Part shown: one piece after another, positions 29,416-38,212 of the stretch
How the letters are laid out: every line of letters begins with the position of its first letter
Position numbering within the stretch: position 1 is the first letter of the stretch
Assembly (NCBI GenBank): GCA_964487335.1
Contig: CAZAPT010000003.1
Location: forward strand, 75,509-139,508
Length of the DNA stretch: 64,000 bases
Direction: 5' to 3'
Source: an uncultured Dehalococcoidia bacterium
GTDB taxonomy: Bacteria; Chloroflexota; Dehalococcoidia; DSTF01; JACRBR01
Translations under genes and position numbers: made by a program
Notes under the pieces: generated by a model
Database searches by the model: none
The model's input: only the letters and a program-made list of their open reading frames with translations
What the model was told of the DNA's origin: nothing

Positions 29416-29498
29416 TTGACTCCCGGTTGACGCCGTCCGTCGCGACGCCGTTGCAATCCGTCAATCCGTTGACGGTTCGACAGGCGTCTTCCTATACT
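29416..29498 (+). promoter_or_regulatory. candidate promoter (TTGACG-18-TATACT) with overlapping palindrome CCGTCAA-TCCG-TTGACGG and additional TTGAC repeats upstream of the thiolase gene
   Basis: -35 element at 29469..29474 and -10 element at 29493..29498. Palindrome at 29458..29475. TTGAC copies at 29416 and 29427. Confidence 0.4.
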
Positions 29499-29559
29499 CG
29501 TTGCACCCGCAAAACTCAGTCCCATTACGTCGAGCCGCGACGCGGCCGGAGGTCATCTC

Positions 29560-30732
29560 ATGGAAGACGTGGTCATCGTCAGCGGCGCGCGCACCCCCAT
29601 CGGTAAGTTCCAGGGCGCATTCTCCAACCTACCGGCATCTGACCTCGCGGCCATCGCCATCAAGGCCTCCGTCGAGCGCGCCGGCCTCAAGCCTGACCAG
29701 GTCGACCACGTCGTGCTCGGATGCGTCGGCCAGGTCGCAGAAGACGGCTACATCTCACGGCACGCCGCCGTGAAGGCCGGCATCCCCATCGAGACGCCCG
29801 CCGTTACCGTCAACCGAATCTGCGGCAGCGGCCTCGAAGCCGTGAATACCGCCGCACGCTACATCCAGAGCGGCGATGCCACGGTCGTCGTTGCCGGCGG
29901 CGCCGAGAATATGACGATGATGCCCTACTACCTGCGGCAGGCTCGTGCCGGGTACCGCATGGGCAACGGCACGATCGAAGATGGCATCTTGCACCTCCTC
30001 GGCGATCCCTTCAGCAAGCAGCACATGGGCATTACGGCCGAAAACCTCGCGGAGAAGTACGAGGTCTCGCGCGAGGCTCAGGACGAAGTTGCCATGCGTT
30101 CGCAGGAGCGCGCTGCCGCCGCCATTGCCGCCGGGAAGTTCAAGGACGAGATCGTCCCGGTCGAAGTCAGAGCCGGCAAAGAGACCGTCACGATCGACAA
30201 CGACGAGCACCCGCGCGCGACGACGCTCGAGGCGCTCGCGAAGCTGAAGCCGGCCTTCAAGGAAGGCGGCATGGTCACTGCCGGCAACGCCAGCGGTATC
30301 AACGACGGTGCCGCCGCACTCGTCGTCACCAGCGCCGAGAGGGCCCGCGACCTCGGCCTGCGCCCGCGCCTGAAGCTGGTCGCTCGCGCCGAAGCCGGCG
30401 TCGAGCCCTCCATTATGGGAAGTGGCCCCATCCCGGCCGTACAGAAGGCCCTCCAGAAGGCGAACCTGACCATCGACCAGATCGACCTCGTCGAGCTCAA
30501 CGAGGCCTTCGCCTCCGTTGCCGCGGCCTGCAGCACGGTCCTCCGCCTCGACCCGGAGAAGACGAACGTGAACGGCGGGGCGATCGCCCTCGGCCACCCC
30601 GTCGGGGCCACCGGCGCGATCCTTACGGTAAAGTTGATGTACGAGATGGAGCGTCGGAACGCCCGTTACGGCCTCGTCAGCCTGTGCATCGGCGGCGGCC
30701 AGGGGATCGCCTCGATCTTCGAGCGAGTCTAG
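29560..30732 (+). CDS. acetyl-CoA C-acetyltransferase (thiolase)
   Basis: GGAGG eight nt upstream of the ATG. Thiolase N-terminal motif VIVSGARTPIGKF. Active-site cysteine (…NRICGSGLEA…) and C-terminal CIGGGQG. Confidence 0.9.
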   Translation: MEDVVIVSGARTPIGKFQGAFSNLPASDLAAIAIKASVERAGLKPDQVDHVVLGCVGQVAEDGYISRHAAVKAGIPIETPAVTVNRICGSGLEAVNTAARYIQSGDATVVVAGGAENMTMMPYYLRQARAGYRMGNGTIEDGILHLLGDPFSKQHMGITAENLAEKYEVSREAQDEVAMRSQERAAAAIAAGKFKDEIVPVEVRAGKETVTIDNDEHPRATTLEALAKLKPAFKEGGMVTAGNASGINDGAAALVVTSAERARDLGLRPRLKLVARAEAGVEPSIMGSGPIPAVQKALQKANLTIDQIDLVELNEAFASVAAACSTVLRLDPEKTNVNGGAIALGHPVGATGAILTVKLMYEMERRNARYGLVSLCIGGGQGIASIFERV

Positions 30733-30880
30733 TGCGAACCCCTAGGATCGCGGACACCGGTCGAACTTTTTCGCATTCTTGCGAGGTATCTGTTACCGCG
30801 AATCTGCGCCACTTCTGACGCGTCCATGGTCAGAGAGCGGCAGCTACTGCCAATCTGGGTATAACTACTCCTTATTGGTC

Positions 30881-30909
30881 TTGATCCCAACCACTCCATG
30901 GCTATAATC
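30881..30909 (+). promoter_or_regulatory. sigma70-like promoter TTGATC-17-TATAAT upstream of the 3D-domain gene
   Basis: -35 at 30881..30886 and -10 at 30904..30909, within a 300-bp relatively AT-rich noncoding stretch. Confidence 0.4.
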
Positions 30910-31039
30910 CGCCTGTTTTGCGCCCGACGTCCTGGGCGCTGACCCCTTCCCTGGCGGGAAAACCTGACCACTGCTCGGCTCTCTGAGTGCAGGAGGCAAC
31001 TATCTGAGTTACCGACGAATCGTTGTTGGTGCCCGCGTC

Positions 31040-31927
31040 GTGACGATGATCATCGGCACGGCGACCGCCCTCGGCGTGGCCATCAGCAGCGATCGCGCTA
31101 GGTCCGCGCGCGGCTCGTCGCTCGGCGTGGGCTTCGGCCCCGCGCTCGCGCTACCGCAGTCAGTCGCACGCTCGGGCGCTGCCGCCACAGCAGTGCTCGA
31201 TGCGCTCAAGCCTCGGGACTTCCTGGCGAAGCAACTCGCCTGGGCGGCCGCAGCCACCCTGCTCGTCTTCGCAGCCGTCACCGCACTACCCGCAATCAGC
31301 GCGTTCGCCAGCGGCCTGAGCGCGCCGTCCCGCGGCGCCCCCGGATGGCAACAACCGGCGCCGGCTTCCGCCGAACCTCCAAAGACCGACCTCGCTCACC
31401 TCTGGGCCGACCACTCGCAGAGCATGGGCATCGACGCGAATGTTGAGTTCGGGAAGGGACTCGCGAAGATAGCTCGCGACCAGTACAACTGGGCCGTCCT
31501 CTACGCGATGCGCAGCATCGCTGACGAGCGCACGGCGGCAGATGACCAGGCCGCAGCCGCGGCGCGCCGCGCGGTCGCGCCCGCCGCGCCGCCGTACACG
31601 CTCGGCTCGCAGTCCGGATACGCGCCCGGCACTGTCCTCCGCGCGCGCATCACGATCTACGGCTGCACCGGGCCCGGCGGAGGCTTCTGCGACCACATGG
31701 CGAGTGGCGGCGACGCGTTCGAGGGCGCCGCCGCGTGCAGCGCCGATCTCCCGTTTGGCACACGGCTCAAGATCGAGGGTGACCCCACCGGTCGGATCTA
31801 CGAATGCCTCGACCGCGGCCAGCTGCCGGCTACCTGGATCGACGTCTACTTCAGCGACACCACCGACGGCATGGCCTGGCAGAGCACCCTCGGCGGTACC
31901 ATCGGCAGCATCACCATCGTCAACTGA
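31040..31927 (+). CDS. 3D-domain (RlpA-like double-psi beta-barrel) cell-wall-associated protein
   Basis: C-terminal ITIYGCTGPGGGFC…MASGG…ACS…LPFGTRLKIEG…YECLDRG…IDVYF matches the 3D/MltA-like domain. The N-terminus has a hydrophobic anchor. Confidence 0.7.
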   Translation: MTMIIGTATALGVAISSDRARSARGSSLGVGFGPALALPQSVARSGAAATAVLDALKPRDFLAKQLAWAAAATLLVFAAVTALPAISAFASGLSAPSRGAPGWQQPAPASAEPPKTDLAHLWADHSQSMGIDANVEFGKGLAKIARDQYNWAVLYAMRSIADERTAADDQAAAAARRAVAPAAPPYTLGSQSGYAPGTVLRARITIYGCTGPGGGFCDHMASGGDAFEGAAACSADLPFGTRLKIEGDPTGRIYECLDRGQLPATWIDVYFSDTTDGMAWQSTLGGTIGSITIVN

Positions 31928-31987
31928 TCTCGCTAGCGTGAAGTCCACGCCGCCGCGCTAACGGCGAGCTTCGCGCTAATCTGCGCC

Positions 31988-32926
31988 GTGCCAACGTCCT
32001 CGAACAAGCGCAAAGCGCGAGCACCGCGTACCGTACGCCTTCATTCCAACGTCGCGCGCGTCCCTGAGATCGTCGAGCGCCTTGACGTCGCATACGGCGT
32101 CCCCGAGTGGCGTCCGCACCGCGACCCGGTCTCCGAGCTGGTGCTCACGATCCTTTCGCAGAACACATCCGACGCGAACTCCGGCCGCGCGTTCGTGCGC
32201 CTCATGGAGCGCTTCAGTAGCTGGGACGAAGTCGCCGCCGCGCCGCTGCCAGAGCTAATCGCCACGATCCAGCCTGGCGGCCTCGCACCGACGAAGGCGC
32301 CGCGCATCCAGGCTGCACTGCGCGATATCGCCCAGCGCGGTGGCGGCTTCGACCTCTCGTTCCTCGCGGAGGTGCCCCTCGAAGACGCTCGCGTGTGGCT
32401 GCGCTCCATCCACGGCGTCGGCCCGAAGACCGTCGCCTGCGTCCTGCTTTTCGCCCTCGGCCGTCCGGCGATGCCGGTGGATACCCACGTCTTCCGCGTC
32501 GCCGCGCGGCTCTCGCTCATCCCGCCACGCGCGGGCAAAGCGATGATGACCGCCGAGAAGGCGCATGAGTTGCTCGAGGCGCGTGTGCCGGCGAAAGACG
32601 TCTATGCCTTTCACATCGGCCTGATCAAGCATGGCCGTCGCGTCTGCATCGCCCAGCGCCCCCACTGCGCCGAGTGCGTGCTCAACGACCTCTGCCCGAG
32701 TGCCCGGAAGTTCCACCCCGAGCTAGGAGAGCCGAAAGTGCGGACGCGGAGACTCGTCGGAACGCCCACGACACGCCGAGCCGCCCGTGCGAGGGCTCAC
32801 CCGCCCGATAAGAGACCTACGCCTGCGCGAGCCCCCACCGCTGCCGCACCCACCACTCCAGCGGGCCGAAGAACAGCCGATCGAACGCCAGCCCGATCGC
32901 GACGATCACCGCCATCACCGCGATGA
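31988..32926 (+). CDS. endonuclease III-like HhH-GPD DNA glycosylase with a [4Fe-4S] cluster loop and a Pro/Arg-rich tail
   Basis: HhH-GPD core (…LPGVGPKTVACVLLF…). Cx6Cx2Cx5C cluster motif (CIAQRPHCAECVLNDLC). GTG start. The last ~70 codons overlap the convergent permease gene. Confidence 0.7.
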   Translation: MPTSSNKRKARAPRTVRLHSNVARVPEIVERLDVAYGVPEWRPHRDPVSELVLTILSQNTSDANSGRAFVRLMERFSSWDEVAAAPLPELIATIQPGGLAPTKAPRIQAALRDIAQRGGGFDLSFLAEVPLEDARVWLRSIHGVGPKTVACVLLFALGRPAMPVDTHVFRVAARLSLIPPRAGKAMMTAEKAHELLEARVPAKDVYAFHIGLIKHGRRVCIAQRPHCAECVLNDLCPSARKFHPELGEPKVRTRRLVGTPTTRRAARARAHPPDKRPTPARAPTAAAPTTPAGRRTADRTPARSRRSPPSPR

Positions 32927-33629
32927 CCAGCGGCATGTCCGCGAGGTCGCGCCCGACCGCCAGCAGGTGCCCGAGCCCGACCGCCGTGTACAGAAGCTCA
33001 GCCGCCATCAGCGACCGCCACGAGAACGACCACCCGAGCTTGAGCCCCTGGGCCATCGATGGGAGCATTCCCGGCAGCGTGACGAAGCGGATGGTCTGCA
33101 GCGGGCTCGCGCCGAACACCTTAGCCGCGCGGCGTTGCAGCGGTGGGATGTTCCGCACGCCGTCGCGTGCCGAAATTGCGATCGCCCACACCGACCCCAT
33201 CAGCACAACGAACGTGATCGCGTTCGGCGACAGCCCGAACCAGAGCACGGCCAACGGCAGCCATGCGATGCTCGGCAGCGACTGCATCCCGAGCACCAGG
33301 CTTCCCAGCGTCTCGTCCACCCACCGCATCGTCCCGCACGCCACACCCATCGCCGTCCCCACCACGAACGCGAGCGCGAAGCCGACGAGGAGCCGCTGTA
33401 GACTCGCCTTCGTCGAGTCCCAGATCAGTCCGTTCTCGATGTATTGACGCAGCGACGACCACACGTCGTGCGGTGAAGGGAAGAGGTACGGCGACCAGAT
33501 CTCAAGGCTGTACAGAAGCTGCCACACCGCGAGCAGCAGCCCGTAGAACACGATCTGCCGCACCAGCCGCCAGAAGTTCGCCATCATGAAGACATTCGAC
33601 GCGAACCGCGCGATCGCGTTAGATGACAT
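32817..33629 (-). CDS. ABC transporter permease (NitT/TauT, SsuC/TauC-like)
   Basis: Six transmembrane helices and the EAA-type loop typical of the family. ATG at 33629. Confidence 0.8.
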   Translation of the reverse strand: MSSNAIARFASNVFMMANFWRLVRQIVFYGLLLAVWQLLYSLEIWSPYLFPSPHDVWSSLRQYIENGLIWDSTKASLQRLLVGFALAFVVGTAMGVACGTMRWVDETLGSLVLGMQSLPSIAWLPLAVLWFGLSPNAITFVVLMGSVWAIAISARDGVRNIPPLQRRAAKVFGASPLQTIRFVTLPGMLPSMAQGLKLGWSFSWRSLMAAELLYTAVGLGHLLAVGRDLADMPLVIAVMAVIVAIGLAFDRLFFGPLEWWVRQRWGLAQA

Positions 33630-34413
33630 AGCCGCCGCCCGAGTCACGTTTCACGTATTCGTCGTGCTGCAGCTCCCGCCGGATCTCCGCCGCAAAGTCC
33701 ACGACCGCGTGCGTATCGATGTCGCGCGGCCGCTGCAGCGGCACGGCGATCTCCGCCTTGATGCGCCCCGGACCCGGCGTCATCACGATCACCCGGTCCG
33801 CCAGCAGCGCCGCCTCCCGCACGTTGTGCGTGACGAAGAGGATCGTCGCGCCGGTGCGCAGCCAGATCTCCTGCAACTCCTCCTGCAGGACGTCGCGCGT
33901 CTGCGCGTCGAGCGCGGCGAACGGCTCGTCCATGAGCAGCATGCGCGGCTCGACGGCGAGAGCCCGCGCGAGTTGCACGCGCTGCTTCATCCCGCCGGAC
34001 AGTTCGTGTACGAAGGCGCGTTCGAACTTCCGTAGGTTCACCAGATCGAGGTACCGATCCGCGATCGCGTGCCGCTCCCTCCCGCGAACGCCGTTCATCT
34101 TCAGCCCGAACTCGACGTTCGCCCGCACGTTGAGCCATGGGTACAGCGCCGCGTCCTGGAACACGACGACGCGGTCCGCCCCCGCCCCGCGGATGGGCCG
34201 CCCGTCGAACGTCGCCTCCCCTGCGTCCGCGCGGTCGAGCCCGGCAACGATGTTGAGCAGCGTCGACTTCCCGCATCCCGACGGCCCGACGACCACCACG
34301 AACTCGCCCGGTGCCACATCGAGCGTTATGTCCTGAACCGCCGTCGTGTTGTGCCGCGACGTCACGAACCGCTTCGACACGTCCCGTAGCGAGAGGAGCG
34401 GCGCCGCCGTCAT
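33619..34413 (-). CDS. ABC transporter ATP-binding protein (SsuB/TauB-like)
   Basis: Walker A motif GPSGCGKST, signature motif LSGGMKQR and Walker B motif LLLMDEPF. ATG at 34413. Confidence 0.85.
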   Translation of the reverse strand: MTAAPLLSLRDVSKRFVTSRHNTTAVQDITLDVAPGEFVVVVGPSGCGKSTLLNIVAGLDRADAGEATFDGRPIRGAGADRVVVFQDAALYPWLNVRANVEFGLKMNGVRGRERHAIADRYLDLVNLRKFERAFVHELSGGMKQRVQLARALAVEPRMLLMDEPFAALDAQTRDVLQEELQEIWLRTGATILFVTHNVREAALLADRVIVMTPGPGRIKAEIAVPLQRPRDIDTHAVVDFAAEIRRELQHDEYVKRDSGGGYVI

Positions 34414-34462
34414 CGACGTTCGCAGTGGGGCAGGCGCGGTCTTCGGAGCAATCGCCACCATC

Positions 34463-35527
34463 CTAGCCCGCCTTCACCTCCGGAAGGTTCTTCTCCTTCA
34501 GCGCGACGTTGAGCGCGTCCAGTGAGAACAGACTCGAGAGGTCCGGCTTCTCCGCAAGGAATCCCAGCGCGTACGCGTTGTCTGCGCCCGTCTGCACCGC
34601 CGACGCGATCGGGTCGTTCGTCACCGAGATGAGCTTCCATGAGTCGTCGATCGTGCTCTGCTTCAGCGCCTTGCCAGTGAGCTGCTCCAGCCCGCTGTTC
34701 ACCAGTCCCTTCGCTTCTTCCGAGTTCGCGGAGATCCACTGCGTCGTCTCCACGTGCGCGCGAAGGAAGTTCTGTACGACGTCCGGATGCTTGTTGAGGA
34801 AGTCGGTGCGAGCGATCACAACCGCGGTCGAGAACTGCCCGCCAGGCCACAGCGTCTTCTCGTCGAGGAACAGCTTCCCGCCCGCCTCCTGGATCAAACG
34901 CGTTCCCCACGGCTCCGGTACCCAGGCCGCATCGATGTCGCCTTTCTGCATCGCCACGAGCGTGTCCGCGTTCTGCGTCGGGATGACGGTCACGTTCCCG
35001 CCCTGCTCTCTGGCGTTCAGCCTGTTGTCCTTCAGCCACGTCCGCAAAGCGACGTCCTGCGTGTTCCCGAGCTGCGGCGACGCGACCTTCTTGTTCGCGA
35101 AGTCGGACGCCGAGTTGATCCCCGCGCCATCGCGGACGATCAGCTCGGCGCCACCGTTCACAGCGCCCGCGATGATCCGCAGGTCATTGCCCTTCGACTT
35201 GATGTATCCGTTGACCGCCGGGCTCGGGCCGATATAGCCGATGTCGATCTGGCCCGCCAGCAGCGCCGTAATCTCGTCCGGTCCCGCGTTGAACGTCTTC
35301 GCGTCGATCTTCACGCCATCGCCGAGCGCCGCCTGGAACGTCCCCCGCGCCAGCCCGACGATGGGCTGGGCGTGCGTGAAGTTCGGGAAATACGCCAGGT
35401 GCAACGTCACGGACCCGGACTGCTGCGTTCCGCCGCTCGCCGCCGTGCCGCTCTTGTCGCTCCCCGAGCCACATGCAACCGCCACGACGAGGGTAAGGAT
35501 GAGCGCAAGCGGCGCGAATCGTCTCAT
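34463..35527 (-). CDS. ABC transporter substrate-binding lipoprotein (NMT1/SsuA/TauA-like)
   Basis: Lipoprotein signal (LTLVVAVAC). Periplasmic-binding-protein fold pattern. Confidence 0.8.
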   Translation of the reverse strand: MRRFAPLALILTLVVAVACGSGSDKSGTAASGGTQQSGSVTLHLAYFPNFTHAQPIVGLARGTFQAALGDGVKIDAKTFNAGPDEITALLAGQIDIGYIGPSPAVNGYIKSKGNDLRIIAGAVNGGAELIVRDGAGINSASDFANKKVASPQLGNTQDVALRTWLKDNRLNAREQGGNVTVIPTQNADTLVAMQKGDIDAAWVPEPWGTRLIQEAGGKLFLDEKTLWPGGQFSTAVVIARTDFLNKHPDVVQNFLRAHVETTQWISANSEEAKGLVNSGLEQLTGKALKQSTIDDSWKLISVTNDPIASAVQTGADNAYALGFLAEKPDLSSLFSLDALNVALKEKNLPEVKAG

Positions 35528-35663
35528 GGCGGGCTCCCGTAACGAATTCGATAAAGTCTATCGATTTAGTCGAGATTCTAGGGTGCGGGTCTGGCCTCTG
35601 TCAAACTCCGGCGCCCGAAGCGCCCGGTCCGCCGGGTCGGCTAACGCACGCCTATCGCACGGC

Positions 35664-37046
35664 CTACCGCTCGTGGCGCGCCGAACTCCACGCGACCTCG
35701 AACAGGCGCACGGCGTCTTCGAAGCCCTTGAGCGACACCAGACCCTGGTCCGCAAAGAGGAAACTCTTGCCTGAGACCAGGTGACGAACTCCCTCCGGAA
35801 CCAGGATCTGGCCAGGTTCGGCGTGATCGCACACCCTGCGCGCCAGCTGCACTGCCGATCCGAACAGATCGCCGTTCTCAGCCAGCGGTTCGCCGGAGTT
35901 GAGCCCGATACGAACTCGGAGCGGCAGTTCAGGTTCGGCCTCGTTCCGCTCTGCGACACGCCGTTGGATCTCGATCGCCGCCTCCAACGCACGTGACGCG
36001 GACGCGAACGAAGCCATCATCCCGTCGCCCGTGTGCTTCCGTTCCTCGCCGCGACACGCCCGGATAGCCGCTCGCGCGATGTGGTCATGCGACTGAATCA
36101 ACGCATGCGCCCGAGCGTCCCCATGGCGCTGCGTCAGCGATGTCGATTCTGCGATGTCAGTGAAGAGAATCGTCACTACGCCGGGATCCTTGGTCGCCAT
36201 GACTGTCCGCTCCCGTTGACCCCTGGCGGGCGGCACGCCGACAAAATCATCGATCCAGCCCCAGTCCCCCTCCCAGTCTCCCGCGTCCGAGACGCCGCCC
36301 ACATGCGCATGCGACATGAGCCGCGCATGCGGAATCCGCGCCGCTAAGACGCGCGAGAGGTGGGCTGGTGGCCACGGCGCATCAGGCGAGGTGATCACGA
36401 GCGTGGGAGCCTCTATACGGGGCAGGAGATCGGTGACGTCGAAGCTACCCACGGCAGCAAAAGCGGCTTTGGCGGTCTCATGGTCGAGTGCGCCGGCGAG
36501 GAACAGCGCCAGTTCGTGGGCCTCGGCGCCGCGAGACCATCCCATGATGAGAGCGTGCGCGATGTGCTCCGTGAAGATTGACCAGTTGGAATCAAGAAGA
36601 GACTCGACGGCTACCATCTCCGGCGCCTGCATCGCTGGAGCGGCGTTGGCGTAGGTGTGCATCAAGAGCAGGTGCGACACGCTGGATGGATGTTGTGCGG
36701 CGTATGCGACGGCGACCGGTCCAGCGGCATATGAGCCGATGAGCACGAACCGTTCGAGCCCCGCGCTCCCCACAACCGCTTCGAGATCACTCAGATAACC
36801 CTCGAGCGAGAAATCGAGAACTCCTCGGTCGGAGGATCCACTTCCGCGACAGTCATAGCGGATGAGTCGGTGCGTCTGAGCCACCTCTTCCCATCGCCGA
36901 TTCACTTCCCCTCTCTGACTCTCCGCGTAGACGTCACTAAACGGAAGCGCCTCGCTAACAAAGACGAACGGGATCCCCTGTCCAACGTCGTAGAACGCGA
37001 TGTTCACGCCGTCGGATGCTCTGGTGAACTGAAGCCGCGGCTGCAT
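35664..37046 (-). CDS. alpha/beta-hydrolase domain fused to a class III adenylyl/guanylyl cyclase domain (Rv1900c-like)
   Basis: N-terminal hydrolase fold. C-terminal cyclase homology domain with its conserved motifs (VVTILFTDIAESTSL…KHTGDGMMASF…). Confidence 0.75.
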   Translation of the reverse strand: MQPRLQFTRASDGVNIAFYDVGQGIPFVFVSEALPFSDVYAESQRGEVNRRWEEVAQTHRLIRYDCRGSGSSDRGVLDFSLEGYLSDLEAVVGSAGLERFVLIGSYAAGPVAVAYAAQHPSSVSHLLLMHTYANAAPAMQAPEMVAVESLLDSNWSIFTEHIAHALIMGWSRGAEAHELALFLAGALDHETAKAAFAAVGSFDVTDLLPRIEAPTLVITSPDAPWPPAHLSRVLAARIPHARLMSHAHVGGVSDAGDWEGDWGWIDDFVGVPPARGQRERTVMATKDPGVVTILFTDIAESTSLTQRHGDARAHALIQSHDHIARAAIRACRGEERKHTGDGMMASFASASRALEAAIEIQRRVAERNEAEPELPLRVRIGLNSGEPLAENGDLFGSAVQLARRVCDHAEPGQILVPEGVRHLVSGKSFLFADQGLVSLKGFEDAVRLFEVAWSSARHER

Positions 37047-37088
37047 GGGTTCATGCTACTCAATCGGCCATACTCAGACGGAGGTTTT

Positions 37089-37544
37089 ATGCCAATCGAC
37101 CCGAAGCGCGTCGACCACGTCAGCATGGCCGTGTGGAAGATCGACGACGCCCTGCCATTCTTCACCGGCGTTTTTGGTTGGAAGGAAGCCGGCCGCTTCA
37201 GCAGCGAGGAGGCCGGATTCAGCGGGGTTGTCCTCGACGTCCCCGGACCCGACGGGGAGCGCCAGATGCAGTGGGAGATCCTGGAGCCCCTTGGCGAGAA
37301 CAGCTTCATCGAAAAGTTCCTGCGCGAGCGCGGCGCCGGCCTCCACCACGTCACCCTCGAAGTGGACGATGCGGACGCCGCCGCGTCCGGCCTGCGCTCA
37401 CATGGCATCGAGCCGTTCGGCGGGCCGCGTGTCAGCTACGACTGGAAAGAGATGTTCATCCACCCGAAGTCATCGGGCGGTGTACTCTTTCAGCTCTACG
37501 AGCAACTCGATGAGCCAGCCGCAGGCGCGGCGACCGGCGAGTAG
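37089..37544 (+). CDS. VOC-family (glyoxalase / methylmalonyl-CoA-epimerase-like) protein
   Basis: Paired beta-alpha-beta-beta-beta modules (VDHVSMAV…HHVTLEVDD). ATG start. Confidence 0.7.
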   Translation: MPIDPKRVDHVSMAVWKIDDALPFFTGVFGWKEAGRFSSEEAGFSGVVLDVPGPDGERQMQWEILEPLGENSFIEKFLRERGAGLHHVTLEVDDADAAASGLRSHGIEPFGGPRVSYDWKEMFIHPKSSGGVLFQLYEQLDEPAAGAATGE

Positions 37545-37548
37545 TGCA

Positions 37549-38178
37549 ATGTCCCCCGTGAACGAGATCCGCTGGGCGAAGCGGGTACGCCCGGAGCTTG
37601 TTCGCCGCCTCTACAAGTCCGAGGCCGAGGGTATCGAGGACCCCGAGCTGATCGACGAGGTCGGCTACGCGCTTCTGGTCCGCTGCGAGGCCATCTTGAC
37701 CTGCACCGAGGCGCACCAGGGCAGGGCGGCATGCCCTCGTTGCAAAACCAAGATCGCCCACAACTGGAACAAGACAGCCGCGCTCGTCTGCACATGCGGA
37801 TGGACGGCGACTTGGGGCGAATACTTCGGGTCGTACCAGCACCACCAGCTCGTCGGTGGCGCGGCGTTTCCCGCATTCGCCCGGTTCGCCGACGAGTGGC
37901 CGCGCGCGAAGAGCCCGCGGGACAAGATGCTCCTCATCGATACGCTCATCCATGCCTGCCATGTGAACGTCCGATATGGCGCCTCCCGTCCCGCCGCGGC
38001 GAACCTACTCGATGGCACGACGAAGGAACTGGTCGTATTCCTCGATCAACTCGCGTACAGCGACCTCAGCAGCGCGAGCAGTCGATCGACGAGAGATGAG
38101 TGGCGACGGCAAGTCACGAGCGGGCCATGGGGTGACCGAAACAAACCGCTCGTCAAGCCGGATCCGGCCGACGATTAG
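37549..38178 (+). CDS. hypothetical protein with CxxC…CxC zinc-ribbon
   Basis: ATG four nt after the VOC gene stop. CPRCKTK…CTCGW cysteine motif. Confidence 0.45.
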   Translation: MSPVNEIRWAKRVRPELVRRLYKSEAEGIEDPELIDEVGYALLVRCEAILTCTEAHQGRAACPRCKTKIAHNWNKTAALVCTCGWTATWGEYFGSYQHHQLVGGAAFPAFARFADEWPRAKSPRDKMLLIDTLIHACHVNVRYGASRPAAANLLDGTTKELVVFLDQLAYSDLSSASSRSTRDEWRRQVTSGPWGDRNKPLVKPDPADD

Positions 38179-38212
38179 ATCGCGTCACCAGCTCCTCAAA
38201 GCATCAGTTGAC

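Noticed and set aside
29209-29430. 76-codon Cys-containing ORF upstream of the thiolase promoter
   Set aside because: It has a non-ATG start, no RBS and no recognisable family. I kept it as a finding note, not a feature.
30910-31039. Calling a ydaO (c-di-AMP) riboswitch in the 3D-gene leader
   Set aside because: I could not identify the conserved ydaO motifs by eye. It is reported only as a hypothesis needing a covariance-model scan.
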